From the IMG/VR virus record IMGVR_UViG_3300050821_003315: 64,000 bases of DNA; one strand, 5' to 3'. Below are positions 1-10,032 of the stretch, piece by piece; position 1 is the first letter of the stretch, and the number at the start of each line of letters is the position of its first letter. This DNA is from a virus. Below the pieces are notes generated by a model. That model was not told where the DNA came from. It saw only the letters and a list, made by a program, of their open reading frames with translations, and did no database searches. The translations under genes were made by a program, and so were the position numbers.

Positions 1-333
1 GTGAATAGCGATAGACACAGGACCGTTCTGACAGTTACCCATGAAACCGTAGTCCCACTGTCCCGTGCCGTTAGCTGTCGTACTGTTAACGCTAGTCCAT
101 CTGACGTGCGAGACCATACCGTTACCTAGCGGTTGATAACCAAACCGCCCAGTGAACGGGTCTACGTCCTGTAGCTTGAACCACTGAGGGGTATCGTTGA
201 TATTGCGTTCATGCATCACCGCATAGGACGGCGTATGGGGTGGGACGGTAGCGGCTGCTGCCACACCTGCCCCGAACCCTGCGAAAACGAACACTGCTCC
301 TAGCGCGATTGTAATTCTGCGTAGTAGAGTCAT
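1..333 (-). CDS. Secreted hypothetical protein (runs off the window edge), paralog of 30316..30822
   Basis: Not in ORF track. Manual translation MTLLRRITIALGAVFVFAGFGAGVAAAATVPPHTPSYAV...PQWFKLQDVDP...VRWTSV...GTGQWDY; signal-peptide-like N-terminus; TATACT 7 nt upstream of ATG. Confidence 0.8.
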   Translation of the reverse strand, partial: MTLLRRITIALGAVFVFAGFGAGVAAAATVPPHTPSYAVMHERNINDTPQWFKLQDVDPFTGRFGYQPLGNGMVSHVRWTSVNSTTANGTGQWDYGFMGNCQNGPVSIAIH

Positions 334-353
334 GACTCTCAGTATACCTTCCT

Positions 354-560
354 TTAGGACCGACAGCACAAATGCTGCCACTCGCCGGAACCCGGAGGGT
401 AGAACAAATCGTGCGTATCTTCTCCGTCGTCATAGGTCAGGCTTATGCCGCGCCCTTGATGCTGTTGTTGAAGCGCCCATGACGTGGCATAAGCTACGCT
501 AAGAAATTCGTGACAGTCAGGCGTGCCACCATCTTTCCAGAACGTTATCGCGAATTGCAT
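354..560 (-). CDS. Hypothetical protein
   Basis: ORF coupled to the nrdJ stop (TAATG). Confidence 0.6.
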   Translation of the reverse strand: MQFAITFWKDGGTPDCHEFLSVAYATSWALQQQHQGRGISLTYDDGEDTHDLFYPPGSGEWQHLCCRS

Positions 561-2578
561 TAGCGCTTGATTTCACACACATCCGTGGTGCAGTAACGCT
601 CACCCTCAGCGTCCGGCAGAGACTCATCGTTGTACAAACCTTCCCAGTCAATGGGCATGATGTTGTCTCGCAGGCTCTCCCAGTACTCCAGGCTGCACAT
701 CTGATACGGCATCTGCGGGTACGTTGCAGTGTCTGCGGGCAGAAAGCTTAGGCTCTTTAGCTGACCATCGAATGCACGCAATACAGCAGGAATCTGGTTC
801 GACTCGTCAGGCCGGAACGTAGCTGTTACTGACACGGCATTGTCGGACCACCAGCGCTGGCAGCTAGCCGCAAGACTCACCTTTTCCCACACGGAAACAT
901 CGTTCTGACTACGCATAGGCGGCGTCTGCACAGGCAACGTGATAACAACCGTGCTGTCCGGGTCCATGATAGACGGCTCAACAAGGTAACCTGCGGCCTC
1001 AAAGGCACGCGCAACAGCGCTTCCCTTAGCTTCACGTACTGTGCGGATATAGTAGCCGCTAGCCACAGGCCAGTGAACCCCTGGTGTAACACCGTACAGA
1101 AGCGACACAGTGCCAGACGGCTTAATGGTAGTGACGCGAATAGACTCGCGGACACCTAGCCACTCCGAGTACTGGGCATCGCGCATGCGGATATGCTCAT
1201 AGGCATTGTCTTGCCACATCGTGAGTTCCTGCGTGCCCTGGTGCTCAGCAAATTGTGCCAGCCCGGTCATAGACAGGCCGATACGGCGGTTACGCTGCAT
1301 GACAGCGTTAGTCTCCGGCCAGCGAGTAGGCAGCAGCGTCACGGTCTTACCGTACAGGTACGCGAACTTAAGCGTGCGCTGGTAGTCCAGGTAGTCGCTG
1401 TGGTTAGTGGGGTAAGTCTCCACCAAGGTGCAGCATTCCATATTCTCAAGAGGCTGCTCTGCACACGGATTAATACCAGCTACACGCCAGTCCTTGCCGT
1501 CCTTGCCGTCAGATACACGGCCATAGTCGCGGCACATGTCCAGCCAGATTACTCCCGGCTCACCATTCATGCGGATAGCATCAGCAACGTGACTTAGGTC
1601 ATCTCCGCTGTGGGCGATAACGCTGTTGTTGGAAAGGTGGCCCCATCCATCTGCACCCATGCGCTCAGCGTTAAGCTCCCAGTCCTTTAGCTTCAGGAAA
1701 TCTCTGTCATCAATGTCGCCAAGAGCAATCTGTGCACTGCGCCGTACATTACCACTGACCACCAGCTTGCCGATAACGTTGGCAATGTCCACCACGTCTG
1801 TGCTGGTGAGAACTTGGCCCTGACGACCTGACAACAGCTTTACGATGGTCTCATGCCCTTTACGCAAAGGGTCTGGCCCTGCCGCGATACCACCGAAGCC
1901 CTTGATTGGTGCCCCTGCGGGTCGAATTTGTGAGTAGTCAAAGTTAGGCATCCGAGCACCTGTGAAGAAAGCACGCAGCAAAGCTGCTACAGACTTAACC
2001 CAGCCTTCTCGGCTGTCAGCAATCTGGTGAGGGAAAGGCTGCCCCGGCTCGTGTACTTCTACCTTGCCTGCACCCTTGGTGTCGAAGCCAACTCCTACAC
2101 CCATCATAGACATATCCATGATGCGAACGTAAGGCAGTATTGCGTCACCATTGAACGGTTCCGTACTTACCATGGCGCAGTTCTGGAGTGCGGAGGAATC
2201 ACCCTTGCCGTTGACCAGCTCGGTACCCATCATCCACAAGCCACGACCTGGAGGTGACCACTTGCCTGCGAATGCTCGCATGTAAGCTTCTTCTGCTGAC
2301 TCCTGTGCCTTACGTTCATCCCACGGCAGCCGATACTGAGAGCAGTGGTCCTTCTGAATTGAGTACATGCCGTTGATTACGCGCGCGAGTCCTTCCCAGA
2401 ATCGCTCACGTGTTCCGTCATCCTTGCGCCGCGCGTACTTTGAAATCCACGAGTACTCACCTAGTGAGTTACCTGCGCCTGCCTGAAAACCCCAGTTAGG
2501 CTTCTTGTCCTTGTATTCCTGGAGGAAGTCCCAGCCTAGCTGGAAGGATAGATATTCGGCATTGAACAAGTAAGACAC
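560..2578 (-). CDS. nrdJ: Class II (adenosylcobalamin-dependent) monomeric ribonucleotide reductase
   Basis: PPGRGLW, ALQNC, VVSGNVRRSA, NPCAE active-site motif, TTIKPSGTVS, C-terminal CTTDVC redox pair; GGAGG SD. Confidence 0.95.
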   Translation of the reverse strand: MSYLFNAEYLSFQLGWDFLQEYKDKKPNWGFQAGAGNSLGEYSWISKYARRKDDGTRERFWEGLARVINGMYSIQKDHCSQYRLPWDERKAQESAEEAYMRAFAGKWSPPGRGLWMMGTELVNGKGDSSALQNCAMVSTEPFNGDAILPYVRIMDMSMMGVGVGFDTKGAGKVEVHEPGQPFPHQIADSREGWVKSVAALLRAFFTGARMPNFDYSQIRPAGAPIKGFGGIAAGPDPLRKGHETIVKLLSGRQGQVLTSTDVVDIANVIGKLVVSGNVRRSAQIALGDIDDRDFLKLKDWELNAERMGADGWGHLSNNSVIAHSGDDLSHVADAIRMNGEPGVIWLDMCRDYGRVSDGKDGKDWRVAGINPCAEQPLENMECCTLVETYPTNHSDYLDYQRTLKFAYLYGKTVTLLPTRWPETNAVMQRNRRIGLSMTGLAQFAEHQGTQELTMWQDNAYEHIRMRDAQYSEWLGVRESIRVTTIKPSGTVSLLYGVTPGVHWPVASGYYIRTVREAKGSAVARAFEAAGYLVEPSIMDPDSTVVITLPVQTPPMRSQNDVSVWEKVSLAASCQRWWSDNAVSVTATFRPDESNQIPAVLRAFDGQLKSLSFLPADTATYPQMPYQMCSLEYWESLRDNIMPIDWEGLYNDESLPDAEGERYCTTDVCEIKR

Positions 2579-2654
2579 GGGTCCTCCAGAGGTGGCGATA
2601 CAAGGGGTTGCCTTACTAGGGTAAGGCTTGAAAACCTGGTGAGCGACAGCTCAC

Positions 2655-2933
2655 TTAATGATGGTGAGGACCCCAAGAGCCGTGGTGCTGTCGGTCAGAG
2701 ATGTGGTGGTCCGCTGCCGAGTGATGGGCACACAGGATAGCCTCAAAACCAGCATCACGGGCATCCCTATCCGGCTGCTCAGCCTCCCACGCTGCTTCAA
2801 GGTCAGGCCCTTCCACGTTCTCAACTTCAGTTACAGCACCGGTGGGGTCCGGTGCATCAGCCTTGTCATCAACGTTCGGCGCGTCTTCAGCAGGCACGGT
2901 TACAGGCTTGTAGTCCCATTCATTTTCATTCAT
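2655..2933 (-). CDS. Hypothetical acidic protein with His-rich tail
   Basis: ORF in operon orientation. Confidence 0.5.
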   Translation of the reverse strand: MNENEWDYKPVTVPAEDAPNVDDKADAPDPTGAVTEVENVEGPDLEAAWEAEQPDRDARDAGFEAILCAHHSAADHHISDRQHHGSWGPHHH

Positions 2934-2937
2934 CTAC

Positions 2938-3159
2938 TCAGGTTACCCCGATAAGCTTCCGCAGCCTAGACAGTCCTAGCTCATGCCAAGTCTTCGGCGG
3001 GTCGTAACCCGGTGCGTTTCCCCCACGCTCAAGCTCAGACAACGCATAGCCTATCTCCTTTTCGAGATAGCAAATCCTACACAGCCAAGTACTCCACGGC
3101 ATCATCGTCCTACCACAAGGACACATGACCTCAGGAATTATCTTAGGTGTGATGCTCAC
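2938..3159 (-). CDS. Hypothetical Zn-finger-like protein
   Basis: CPCG...CRIC; GTGA overlap with upstream gene. Confidence 0.55.
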   Translation of the reverse strand: MSITPKIIPEVMCPCGRTMMPWSTWLCRICYLEKEIGYALSELERGGNAPGYDPPKTWHELGLSRLRKLIGVT

Positions 3160-3572
3160 GGCAATGCTCCTTCCGGAGTGCTCCCCTGACTGATGTAGAT
3201 ATTAGCGTCCTTAGCCCAGTAGAAACCAAACTGTTCTATCGCCGCTACATCAGGTAGTACCCAGTCGAAGCCCCAGCGCAGCGAGAAGACACGTCCAGAC
3301 CATTGCTTGTCGGGGTACTCCGTCAGCTCCATGACCGCTCCTAGCCGCGCTAGCGCCTCGTACAGACGCCTCTGGCCCCGGTCACTTCCCTCGTGCGGGT
3401 GCTTCATCTCCACAAAGCAGACCTTACCGCGACTGTCCAGTACCCCATCGATGTCAGACAATCGACAGCCCCGGTCGTACCGGACTTCCGGATTGTAGCC
3501 GAGCATCAGGTTGCTCAGGTCATGCGTAGGACGCCCGTCCCCCCGCAGGTACTGCGTCATGAACCCCGACAA
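3156..3572 (-). CDS. PD-(D/E)xK nuclease-like protein
   Basis: SDIDG...FVEMK...GQ.R pattern; AGGAG SD. Confidence 0.55.
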   Translation of the reverse strand: MSGFMTQYLRGDGRPTHDLSNLMLGYNPEVRYDRGCRLSDIDGVLDSRGKVCFVEMKHPHEGSDRGQRRLYEALARLGAVMELTEYPDKQWSGRVFSLRWGFDWVLPDVAAIEQFGFYWAKDANIYISQGSTPEGALP

Positions 3573-3594
3573 ACCGGTCTCCTAAGTCAGATGT

Positions 3595-3682
3595 AGGCGG
3601 GAGAAGAGCTAGTTCAACTCCCCGGATAACCCGCGTGGCGCGGGTGCGACCCTCGTGGCCGCTGGGAACTCTTCTCCCGCCT
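3595..3682. other. Intergenic multi-stem RNA structure
   Basis: 14-bp perfect inverted repeat AGGCGGGAGAAGAG (3595-3608) / CTCTTCTCCCGCCT (3669-3682) enclosing ACCCGCG-TGG-CGCGGGT. Confidence 0.6.
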
Positions 3683-3705
3683 GCCCTCGCTACAACGTTG
3701 TCAGG

Positions 3706-4269
3706 CTACGGCGTATTCCCCGCCTTTGGCTTGTTTTCGCTGTTCTTAACGATATCGGCAGCTTTTTGAAGGTCGCCTGCTAGGTTGTTGAGGTCCGTGT
3801 AGAACGGACGTAGCACAGCTCGTGCTACTGTAGCATTCTCAGTGACGTCAAACGCATCAGGCGTCACCTTAACCGTGGCCACGTGGTACAGCACTACTGC
3901 CCAAGCTGCCTGAACATACACACTTAGTACCTGATTGCCTTCTAGGTCGACTTCACTCACCCAGACAACTAGATTTCGGCACTCAAACTTAAGCGCCTTC
4001 ATACTAGCGGCTACCTTATCCGCAGCCTTAATAGTGGTGTCTCGGGCTTGTATACGCTTAAGCTTTTCAGTAGCAACACGGGCATCCGTTGGGACATCCT
4101 CGAACTTAATGCCCGTAACATGCGCGAAAGTAGCAACCCTCTTTTCAGGGTCCTTATAAATATCTGCTACTAGACCTGCGCCATTAGTGGCTGTGGTCTT
4201 CCAGTAGTCGCCCTCTGTAGTGAAACCGTTCGGCTCGCTAAACGAAGTATGGATAACTATATTCTTCAC
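3706..4269 (-). CDS. Hypothetical protein
   Basis: 187-aa ORF with purine-rich SD. Confidence 0.7.
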   Translation of the reverse strand: MKNIVIHTSFSEPNGFTTEGDYWKTTATNGAGLVADIYKDPEKRVATFAHVTGIKFEDVPTDARVATEKLKRIQARDTTIKAADKVAASMKALKFECRNLVVWVSEVDLEGNQVLSVYVQAAWAVVLYHVATVKVTPDAFDVTENATVARAVLRPFYTDLNNLAGDLQKAADIVKNSENKPKAGNTP

Positions 4270-4270
4270 G

Positions 4271-4335
4271 TTGTTCTCTCTCCCTTGTGCTCCTCATGAG
4301 CTAGGACCGAGTCTAGCACAAGGGAGAGAGAACAA
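4271..4335 (-). promoter_or_regulatory. 21-bp perfect hairpin occluding the RBS of 3706..4269
   Basis: TTGTTCTCTCTCCCTTGTGCT (4271-4291) / AGCACAAGGGAGAGAGAACAA (4315-4335). Confidence 0.7.
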
Positions 4336-4344
4336 GATACCTAA

Positions 4345-4419
4345 TTACTTTTGGCTACCGCCTTGGTCTTCACGAGTGAACTTGTCCGACACCTGCTCCG
4401 ACTCTTGGTTATCAAGCAC
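4345..4419 (-). CDS. Possible 24-aa peptide (MLDNQESEQVSDKFTREDQGGSQK)
   Basis: GGAGG 5 nt upstream of GTG; ends just before the hairpin. Confidence 0.35.
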   Translation of the reverse strand: MLDNQESEQVSDKFTREDQGGSQK

Positions 4420-4445
4420 ACTGTCCTCCGTGTAATTCTTCCACT

Positions 4446-4808
4446 TTATAGGTGAACGTTCGCCCCCGGTAGTCCATCATAGCGCTCTTCTTGACTGTCA
4501 GTAACCATGACTATTATCTGTGCTACAGGAATACCGTTAGCAATAGGATACGTAAAGGTGGGGAACTCCACAGAAACGCCTGCTAGCCAGTTGTCACCTC
4601 TAAAATCGCTGGGCGCACCGGAATAAAATTCTGCGGCTTCAGTCATTCCAAGCCACCCATAACCGGCAACTACCGCTGTCACTCTCCAACCTTCAGGAGC
4701 TACTATCGCTCCTCCGACAGTAACGTAAGTGCCGCCCTCTTCACGAGCATACTGCGTGACACCTTCGTCACCAATACAGTAGGTGTAGGTTACAGACTTA
4801 ACAGCCAT
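4446..4808 (-). CDS. Hypothetical protein (possibly tail-fibre associated)
   Basis: TAATG-coupled to the tailspike gene. Confidence 0.6.
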   Translation of the reverse strand: MAVKSVTYTYCIGDEGVTQYAREEGGTYVTVGGAIVAPEGWRVTAVVAGYGWLGMTEAAEFYSGAPSDFRGDNWLAGVSVEFPTFTYPIANGIPVAQIIVMVTDSQEERYDGLPGANVHL

Positions 4809-7726
4809 TACTGGAAGAACGCAATTATAAGCGCGAAACCGGAACCGCCTACACCACCTGCGCCGGAAGATGTCCCGCCAGAACAGCCGCCACCGCCGCC
4901 GCCACCGCCACCTGTACTCGTAGCCCCGTTAGCGCCGTTCTGAGCTGTAGTAGACGCTCCTGCAACCGCAGCACCACCACCACCACCACCTGTAGTACAG
5001 CCCTGCGCGGATACCGGCCCCGCAGAGGGAAGAGCACCGCTCACTACACCGCCGACACCTACGTTATTAGTGGCGTTAAGTACTACTGAACCTGTACCGC
5101 CGCCACCAAACGGCGTACCAGCCGCGATAACGCCACCGCCCGCGCCGCCACCGCTGGTCACGTTAGATACGCCCGCTCCACCTATCGCAGAACCTGTTAC
5201 AGTAGGGCCACCCGCACTTCCGACAAACATGCCCGCCGTGGGGGCCGCAGCGCCCGCTACAACTGACGTATTCGCTACTGTGCCAGCACCGCCGGCGCTA
5301 CCGCCGTGTGCCCACAAGTAAGAACCGAATGCGCTAGTGCCACCATTACCACCCGCGTTTCCCGGACTTCCTGGCGTAGTTTGTGCGGCTCCGGCAGTCC
5401 CTCCTGCGCCTACAGATACAGTAATGGAACTTGTAAGTTGAGAAGCTTGGAATGTAGCTGTGCTGTACGCACCGCCTGAGCCACCTGAACCACCACCTGC
5501 CGCAGCCGACGCACTTAGCGCACCGCTACCGCCGCCGCCGCCGCCGGCACAAAGTGCTACGTAAACTGTCTGTGCACCTGTAGGTACGGTGTACTGCGTG
5601 TTGCCCGTCGCGGAGATGAAGTTAACCTGAGGTACAGTAACGCCGCCACCGTTAATCCACAGGTTACCTGTGTTAAAGGATGACACATCACCTGAAGCGT
5701 AAGTGTAAAGACCCGTGTTAGGCGCGTAGTTATTATAATTTTGAACCGTTAGGTTAACGTGGCTAAGTGAACCAAAGCAACTAACCCGGTCATTGTTCAT
5801 GGTAAGGCCGTTGAAGTTAACCACACAAGGACGTGTAGCTGTACTGCCCGCTAGGAAAATGGTGCCAGGTTCGTAAGTGGAGCTAACAACAGTGTAGGCT
5901 CCGTTGAAGTTATTGAAATTCCAGGTGCCACCGTTGAGCTGGATAATCTGGTAACTGCCATTCTGCACGTAATTAGAAATGTACTGTACGTCGCTGAACG
6001 TTACCGGAATAGCGGAGAAATTAGACGGAGCGATAAGGAAGTAACCGCTGTTCTGAGACTGAATATTGGAGATGGTGGTTTGAGCACCGGGCTTAATCCA
6101 GAAGTCACAGAAGTTGTTAGCCGGCTGTGCACCGTATAGTGCAATTCCCGACGCGTTAACCTGGTAACCGTAGTAGCAGTTCGCAGCATCGCAACGAGTC
6201 ATTACCTCGTCGTAGATGTTACCGAAGGAACCGTTTCCGACAGCGAATCCGGTTTGCCAGTTACCCGTGTTAGACCATGAACCTGTGGTCTGCTGGCCTG
6301 CGATTACGATATTCTCAAGGTGCGTACCGTCGACCTGACGCGTGCCGATGCCCATCATGCTGAAGCCGTTAGTAAAGTTCAGATTCCGGATTCGGATGTT
6401 CTGGAAACGGTTGCCCGTCGTAGACCGGTGAGAGCCTGTGGTGAATGTGAGGTTAATACCGTTAGTAACCGTCTCTGTGGTGTCACCCTTGACCGTAAAT
6501 CCCTTGTAGAGTCCCGCGTAAGAGCCGTCAATATTCAATACCGCAGTAGTGAAGCCTGTTCCTGACGCTACGATGATTGACTGCTCAGCTCCCGCACCTT
6601 CCATCACGAAGCCCTGCACGGACTGGATAAGAATGTCACTGGAGATTAGGTAGCTTCCGGCAGGCAGGTACATCTTGCCCAGCGCCACCCGAGTGGTCGT
6701 AGACGGAGTGTTATTGCCGCCTAGGATTGCACTAATGCAGTTAGTGAATGCTGTCGTAGAGTCGGTAAGTCCTGTCGGGTCAGCACCATAAGCTACTACG
6801 CTGTAAACCTGCGGGTAACGCTTATCCAGCGCTGATAGCGGCTTGTGAGAAGCCATGGGCCACCACGTGCCACCGAAGCACGTGAACATAACGGACTCGT
6901 TCTGATACAAAAGGCTCAGAGTAGCACTCGAAATACCTCGAATGCTGCCAGACAGAGTAACTGCGTTACCTGTACTGTCGTACTTCTCAGCCGTAATTAT
7001 AGAGCCGCTAGGAGCAGACGTAGGCAGCGTCATGGTAAGGCCACCGCTAGTGGTGTCCACGCTAGTCAACGTGTTCAGCTTAAGTGCGCCCGCTGTGCTT
7101 ACGACAACACCTGTAGTTACAACAGGAAGTGCGGTTGCAGCCGCAACAACAGTCGTCTTATAGTTGGCCTGTAGCGCACTCAGGTTGATGCTGACGATAG
7201 TCGCCGTGCCCGAGCCAGAGCTTGAAGCATTTATTGATGCCGCCCCAGGCGTAGCCGCTAGCTCGAAAGAAGTTCCACTGGACTGCACTACATAATACGT
7301 GGTAGCCGCGCTGAAACCGCCAGGCAAAGAACCGCCCGTAAGCTGAACACCCGTGCCGTTAGGCAGTACAGTTAGCTCAGTGGTAGGTGTCCAAGTGAAC
7401 GCGGCTGGGCTTCCAGAAGCTGTGAAACTTACAGGCCCAGCGGGCACGAAAGCGGCAAAAGGCGACGGTGCGCCTTGTACGCCACTGAAAGACACAGCCC
7501 ATGCCCAGTTAGTAGGCGTTAGTCCTGAGTTATCAGTAGCCAACAAAGAGACGCTGGGCAGAGAACCGCCCGTAAACATAGTAGTAATCGGCGTGCTGCT
7601 CTGAATCTGGTTGCTGGCGTTAGCAACAACAGAAGCAGGCGTGAACGCAATAGTACCGCCGCTTGAGTTAATGCTTCCGTCGCCGTTGTAAAGGTCACAG
7701 ATGACGGTCACGTTATTCGTAGTCAC
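4808..7726 (-). CDS. Tail fibre/tailspike with pectate-lyase-like beta-helix and C-terminal glycine-rich domain
   Basis: SVVAYGADPTG.TDST.AF and YLPAGSY (Pectate_lyase_3-like entry), Asn/Gly-rich repeats, GGGGGG domain; N-terminus like actinophage minor tail proteins. Confidence 0.8.
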   Translation of the reverse strand: MTTNNVTVICDLYNGDGSINSSGGTIAFTPASVVANASNQIQSSTPITTMFTGGSLPSVSLLATDNSGLTPTNWAWAVSFSGVQGAPSPFAAFVPAGPVSFTASGSPAAFTWTPTTELTVLPNGTGVQLTGGSLPGGFSAATTYYVVQSSGTSFELAATPGAASINASSSGSGTATIVSINLSALQANYKTTVVAAATALPVVTTGVVVSTAGALKLNTLTSVDTTSGGLTMTLPTSAPSGSIITAEKYDSTGNAVTLSGSIRGISSATLSLLYQNESVMFTCFGGTWWPMASHKPLSALDKRYPQVYSVVAYGADPTGLTDSTTAFTNCISAILGGNNTPSTTTRVALGKMYLPAGSYLISSDILIQSVQGFVMEGAGAEQSIIVASGTGFTTAVLNIDGSYAGLYKGFTVKGDTTETVTNGINLTFTTGSHRSTTGNRFQNIRIRNLNFTNGFSMMGIGTRQVDGTHLENIVIAGQQTTGSWSNTGNWQTGFAVGNGSFGNIYDEVMTRCDAANCYYGYQVNASGIALYGAQPANNFCDFWIKPGAQTTISNIQSQNSGYFLIAPSNFSAIPVTFSDVQYISNYVQNGSYQIIQLNGGTWNFNNFNGAYTVVSSTYEPGTIFLAGSTATRPCVVNFNGLTMNNDRVSCFGSLSHVNLTVQNYNNYAPNTGLYTYASGDVSSFNTGNLWINGGGVTVPQVNFISATGNTQYTVPTGAQTVYVALCAGGGGGGSGALSASAAAGGGSGGSGGAYSTATFQASQLTSSITVSVGAGGTAGAAQTTPGSPGNAGGNGGTSAFGSYLWAHGGSAGGAGTVANTSVVAGAAAPTAGMFVGSAGGPTVTGSAIGGAGVSNVTSGGGAGGGVIAAGTPFGGGGTGSVVLNATNNVGVGGVVSGALPSAGPVSAQGCTTGGGGGGAAVAGASTTAQNGANGATSTGGGGGGGGGCSGGTSSGAGGVGGSGFALIIAFFQ

Positions 7727-7746
7727 TTAAGGACCTCCACGTCAAT

Positions 7747-7785
7747 ATATACCCCGGAATTCAGCTCCTGAATCCCAGGGTATAT
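7747..7785 (-). terminator. 18-bp hairpin between tailspike genes (terminator or processing site)
   Basis: Minus-strand ATATACCCTGGGATTCAG-GAG-CTGAATTCCGGGGTATAT; both mismatches are G-U pairs on the transcribed strand. Confidence 0.65.
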
Positions 7786-7797
7786 GATAGAGGTTAT

Positions 7798-9999
7798 TTA
7801 TGCTGAGAGCAGCACGAAGTTAGGTGATATAGACGCCGAAATAGCAGGGGCTGTAGAGGGCAACGGCATCTGGCTAGCAGCCGCGAAGCAGTACGAGTCT
7901 CCATCCGGAGCTGTTGTCGCACTAGAAGCAAAGCCCTTGAAGGTCACTGAGTTATTGTCTGCCGCAATAGCAATCCACCAGCCAAGCCCCGGCGTGACCG
8001 TAGTGGTGAAATTGATTGTCTGCAAGCCCGTGCCTGGAGAGGCAACAGAACCCGTAGTAGCCATTTGAGTACCAGGCCCACCCGTAGAACTAGGTGCGTA
8101 CAGGGCAATGCAGATATTGCCTGAAGAGTTGGCGATGTTCACTGTAACATTAGGGGCTGGATTACCCCAGGTAATAAGCCTCGTGTAAACACCATCACCT
8201 GCACCTGGCAGCGCTACATTTGTTAGAGCGGCGTTCAGCACTGCCGGAGAGTAATTAAGGTTGTTAGAGTTACCCGACGTGCTGTCCAAAACAAGCGTGG
8301 TGCCTAGCGTGCCGTCTCCGACTGAGTTGTTAGAGTAAATATCTCCGTACAATCCATTCCAGTGGACAGTATTAGCGTTGGTGGCCGTCCCATTCATGTT
8401 AACGAATACATTACCTACGACAATATTGCGACTCCTATTTGCCGCATTAGTACCCGCATCATAGAACACGCCGGAACCTACATCGGTATTATTTTGCATG
8501 CTATTACCGACAATTATCGACCCTTGGCCTAGCGCCCAGATGCCGCCGCCCGTGTGATTAGTGCTAGTGCAGCCAATCATAATCATCCGGATGAAGTCAC
8601 CGGGAGTTCCAGAAACGAAGTCAGCAAAGTTACCACTAGAATCATGCCAGTTACAGCCGATTACGATAGCGTCTCCCGGCCCCGAACCTAGATTGTCATA
8701 GCCACCAAGCCCTGTGCTGTACTGGCCCATATTGACGAGTTCACAGCCTAGCAACCTGATACCTGTAGTCGCCTGGAAGCCGTAACCTGTAGGTCGGTAA
8801 AACTTACAGCGCATGAACGTATGATAGCGCCCTGAACGAACATTGTTTATAAGACCTGCACCTGTGTAAGCGCTAGTGCCAGGCCAAGGAAGTGAGACAA
8901 GTGCCCCTCCGGCCGCCACGTCAATATTAAGCGCCCCGCCTAGACCACTAGCGCAGTTACCGTCAAACGTTACATCTGAGAAATTAAACTGGCACACATT
9001 TACGTGAGTGGCTCCACGGCTATAGGACAGCATTCCATTAAAGATAAACTGAGAGCCTGCCACCAAGGATGTGCTGGACATGTCAGCGCCTTGGAACGTC
9101 ACCGTAGAACTCGGATAGCCTGTTGCTACTCCGCTCGTGAAGTTATAGTAAGCAGGGAATATACCTGCGGCAGCTATCAAGTAGCGCCCTGGCGGCAAGT
9201 AGACCGTCGCTCCATTACCGGGAGTGCCAGCACTAGCCAGCAGAGCATCATTAACAGCAGCCTGAATAGCGTTAACATCATCAGTACCATAACATACGCC
9301 CGCACCACTGACTGTATTCGTAGCAGCCGCTGTAAGCGTCACAGACGTAGAAGATACAAATGCCGCAATAGTAGTAGTTAGCGTAGTAAAGGTGCCTGAG
9401 GCCCCGGCTCCCGCCACGATAACAGTCTTACCGACATCCGCTGCGGTGAAACTGGCACTAGCACTAGTAAGGGTCTTACTACTTGCGGTGATAGCACCAT
9501 CGTTAACATTCTTAGCGTCACCCTTAGCTCCGTACGCAGTCTTCACGTTAAGGAATCCGGTGTTATTTCCCCAAGTCGTGTTAGACGTGCTGCCGGTGGC
9601 GATAGGCACCTGACCGACTGTAGCCGTGCCTCCAGGCAGAGGCAACGCAGTCAGCAAAGAGGGATTAGTAACTGAAGGGGCCAGTGACAGGAATTGCTGT
9701 GTAGCCCCGTTCGTGTAACCAATCTGGACGTGCTGGCTGTACAGCACAGTGGACCCGTTAGCGTCCTTGACGGTAAGTGTCCACTGAATGCCCGAGCCAT
9801 CTGGTGTAGGGTCGATAATCCCAGCAATAGACCAAAAACCAGACGAATTAGCCGTGGCTGAAAGCGTCTGCGGGTTTACAATCGTGTCATTAGGGATGTC
9901 GTAGTACCACGTAGTAGGCACCAGCGTGACCGTAACAACGTCACCACTGTTATTGGTGTAGATTACGTTACCTTGCAACGTAACGGTGTTATAAGTCAC
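7798..9999 (-). CDS. Second tailspike/depolymerase-like protein with beta-helix
   Basis: NVKTAYGAKGD, TDD..AIQAAVN, VYLPPGRY, right-handed beta-helix-like repeats. Confidence 0.8.
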   Translation of the reverse strand: MTYNTVTLQGNVIYTNNSGDVVTVTLVPTTWYYDIPNDTIVNPQTLSATANSSGFWSIAGIIDPTPDGSGIQWTLTVKDANGSTVLYSQHVQIGYTNGATQQFLSLAPSVTNPSLLTALPLPGGTATVGQVPIATGSTSNTTWGNNTGFLNVKTAYGAKGDAKNVNDGAITASSKTLTSASASFTAADVGKTVIVAGAGASGTFTTLTTTIAAFVSSTSVTLTAAATNTVSGAGVCYGTDDVNAIQAAVNDALLASAGTPGNGATVYLPPGRYLIAAAGIFPAYYNFTSGVATGYPSSTVTFQGADMSSTSLVAGSQFIFNGMLSYSRGATHVNVCQFNFSDVTFDGNCASGLGGALNIDVAAGGALVSLPWPGTSAYTGAGLINNVRSGRYHTFMRCKFYRPTGYGFQATTGIRLLGCELVNMGQYSTGLGGYDNLGSGPGDAIVIGCNWHDSSGNFADFVSGTPGDFIRMIMIGCTSTNHTGGGIWALGQGSIIVGNSMQNNTDVGSGVFYDAGTNAANRSRNIVVGNVFVNMNGTATNANTVHWNGLYGDIYSNNSVGDGTLGTTLVLDSTSGNSNNLNYSPAVLNAALTNVALPGAGDGVYTRLITWGNPAPNVTVNIANSSGNICIALYAPSSTGGPGTQMATTGSVASPGTGLQTINFTTTVTPGLGWWIAIAADNNSVTFKGFASSATTAPDGDSYCFAAASQMPLPSTAPAISASISPNFVLLSA

Positions 10000-10032
10000 G
10001 ACAGCTCCTAAAAGGGTGTACTTTAGTACAGT

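Noticed and set aside
2579-2654. Cobalamin riboswitch or NrdR box before nrdJ
   Set aside because: Only about 75 nt with two small hairpins; no B12 box or clear NrdR palindrome
3595-3682. tRNA gene
   Set aside because: GTTCAAC resembles a T-loop, but no cloverleaf can be formed
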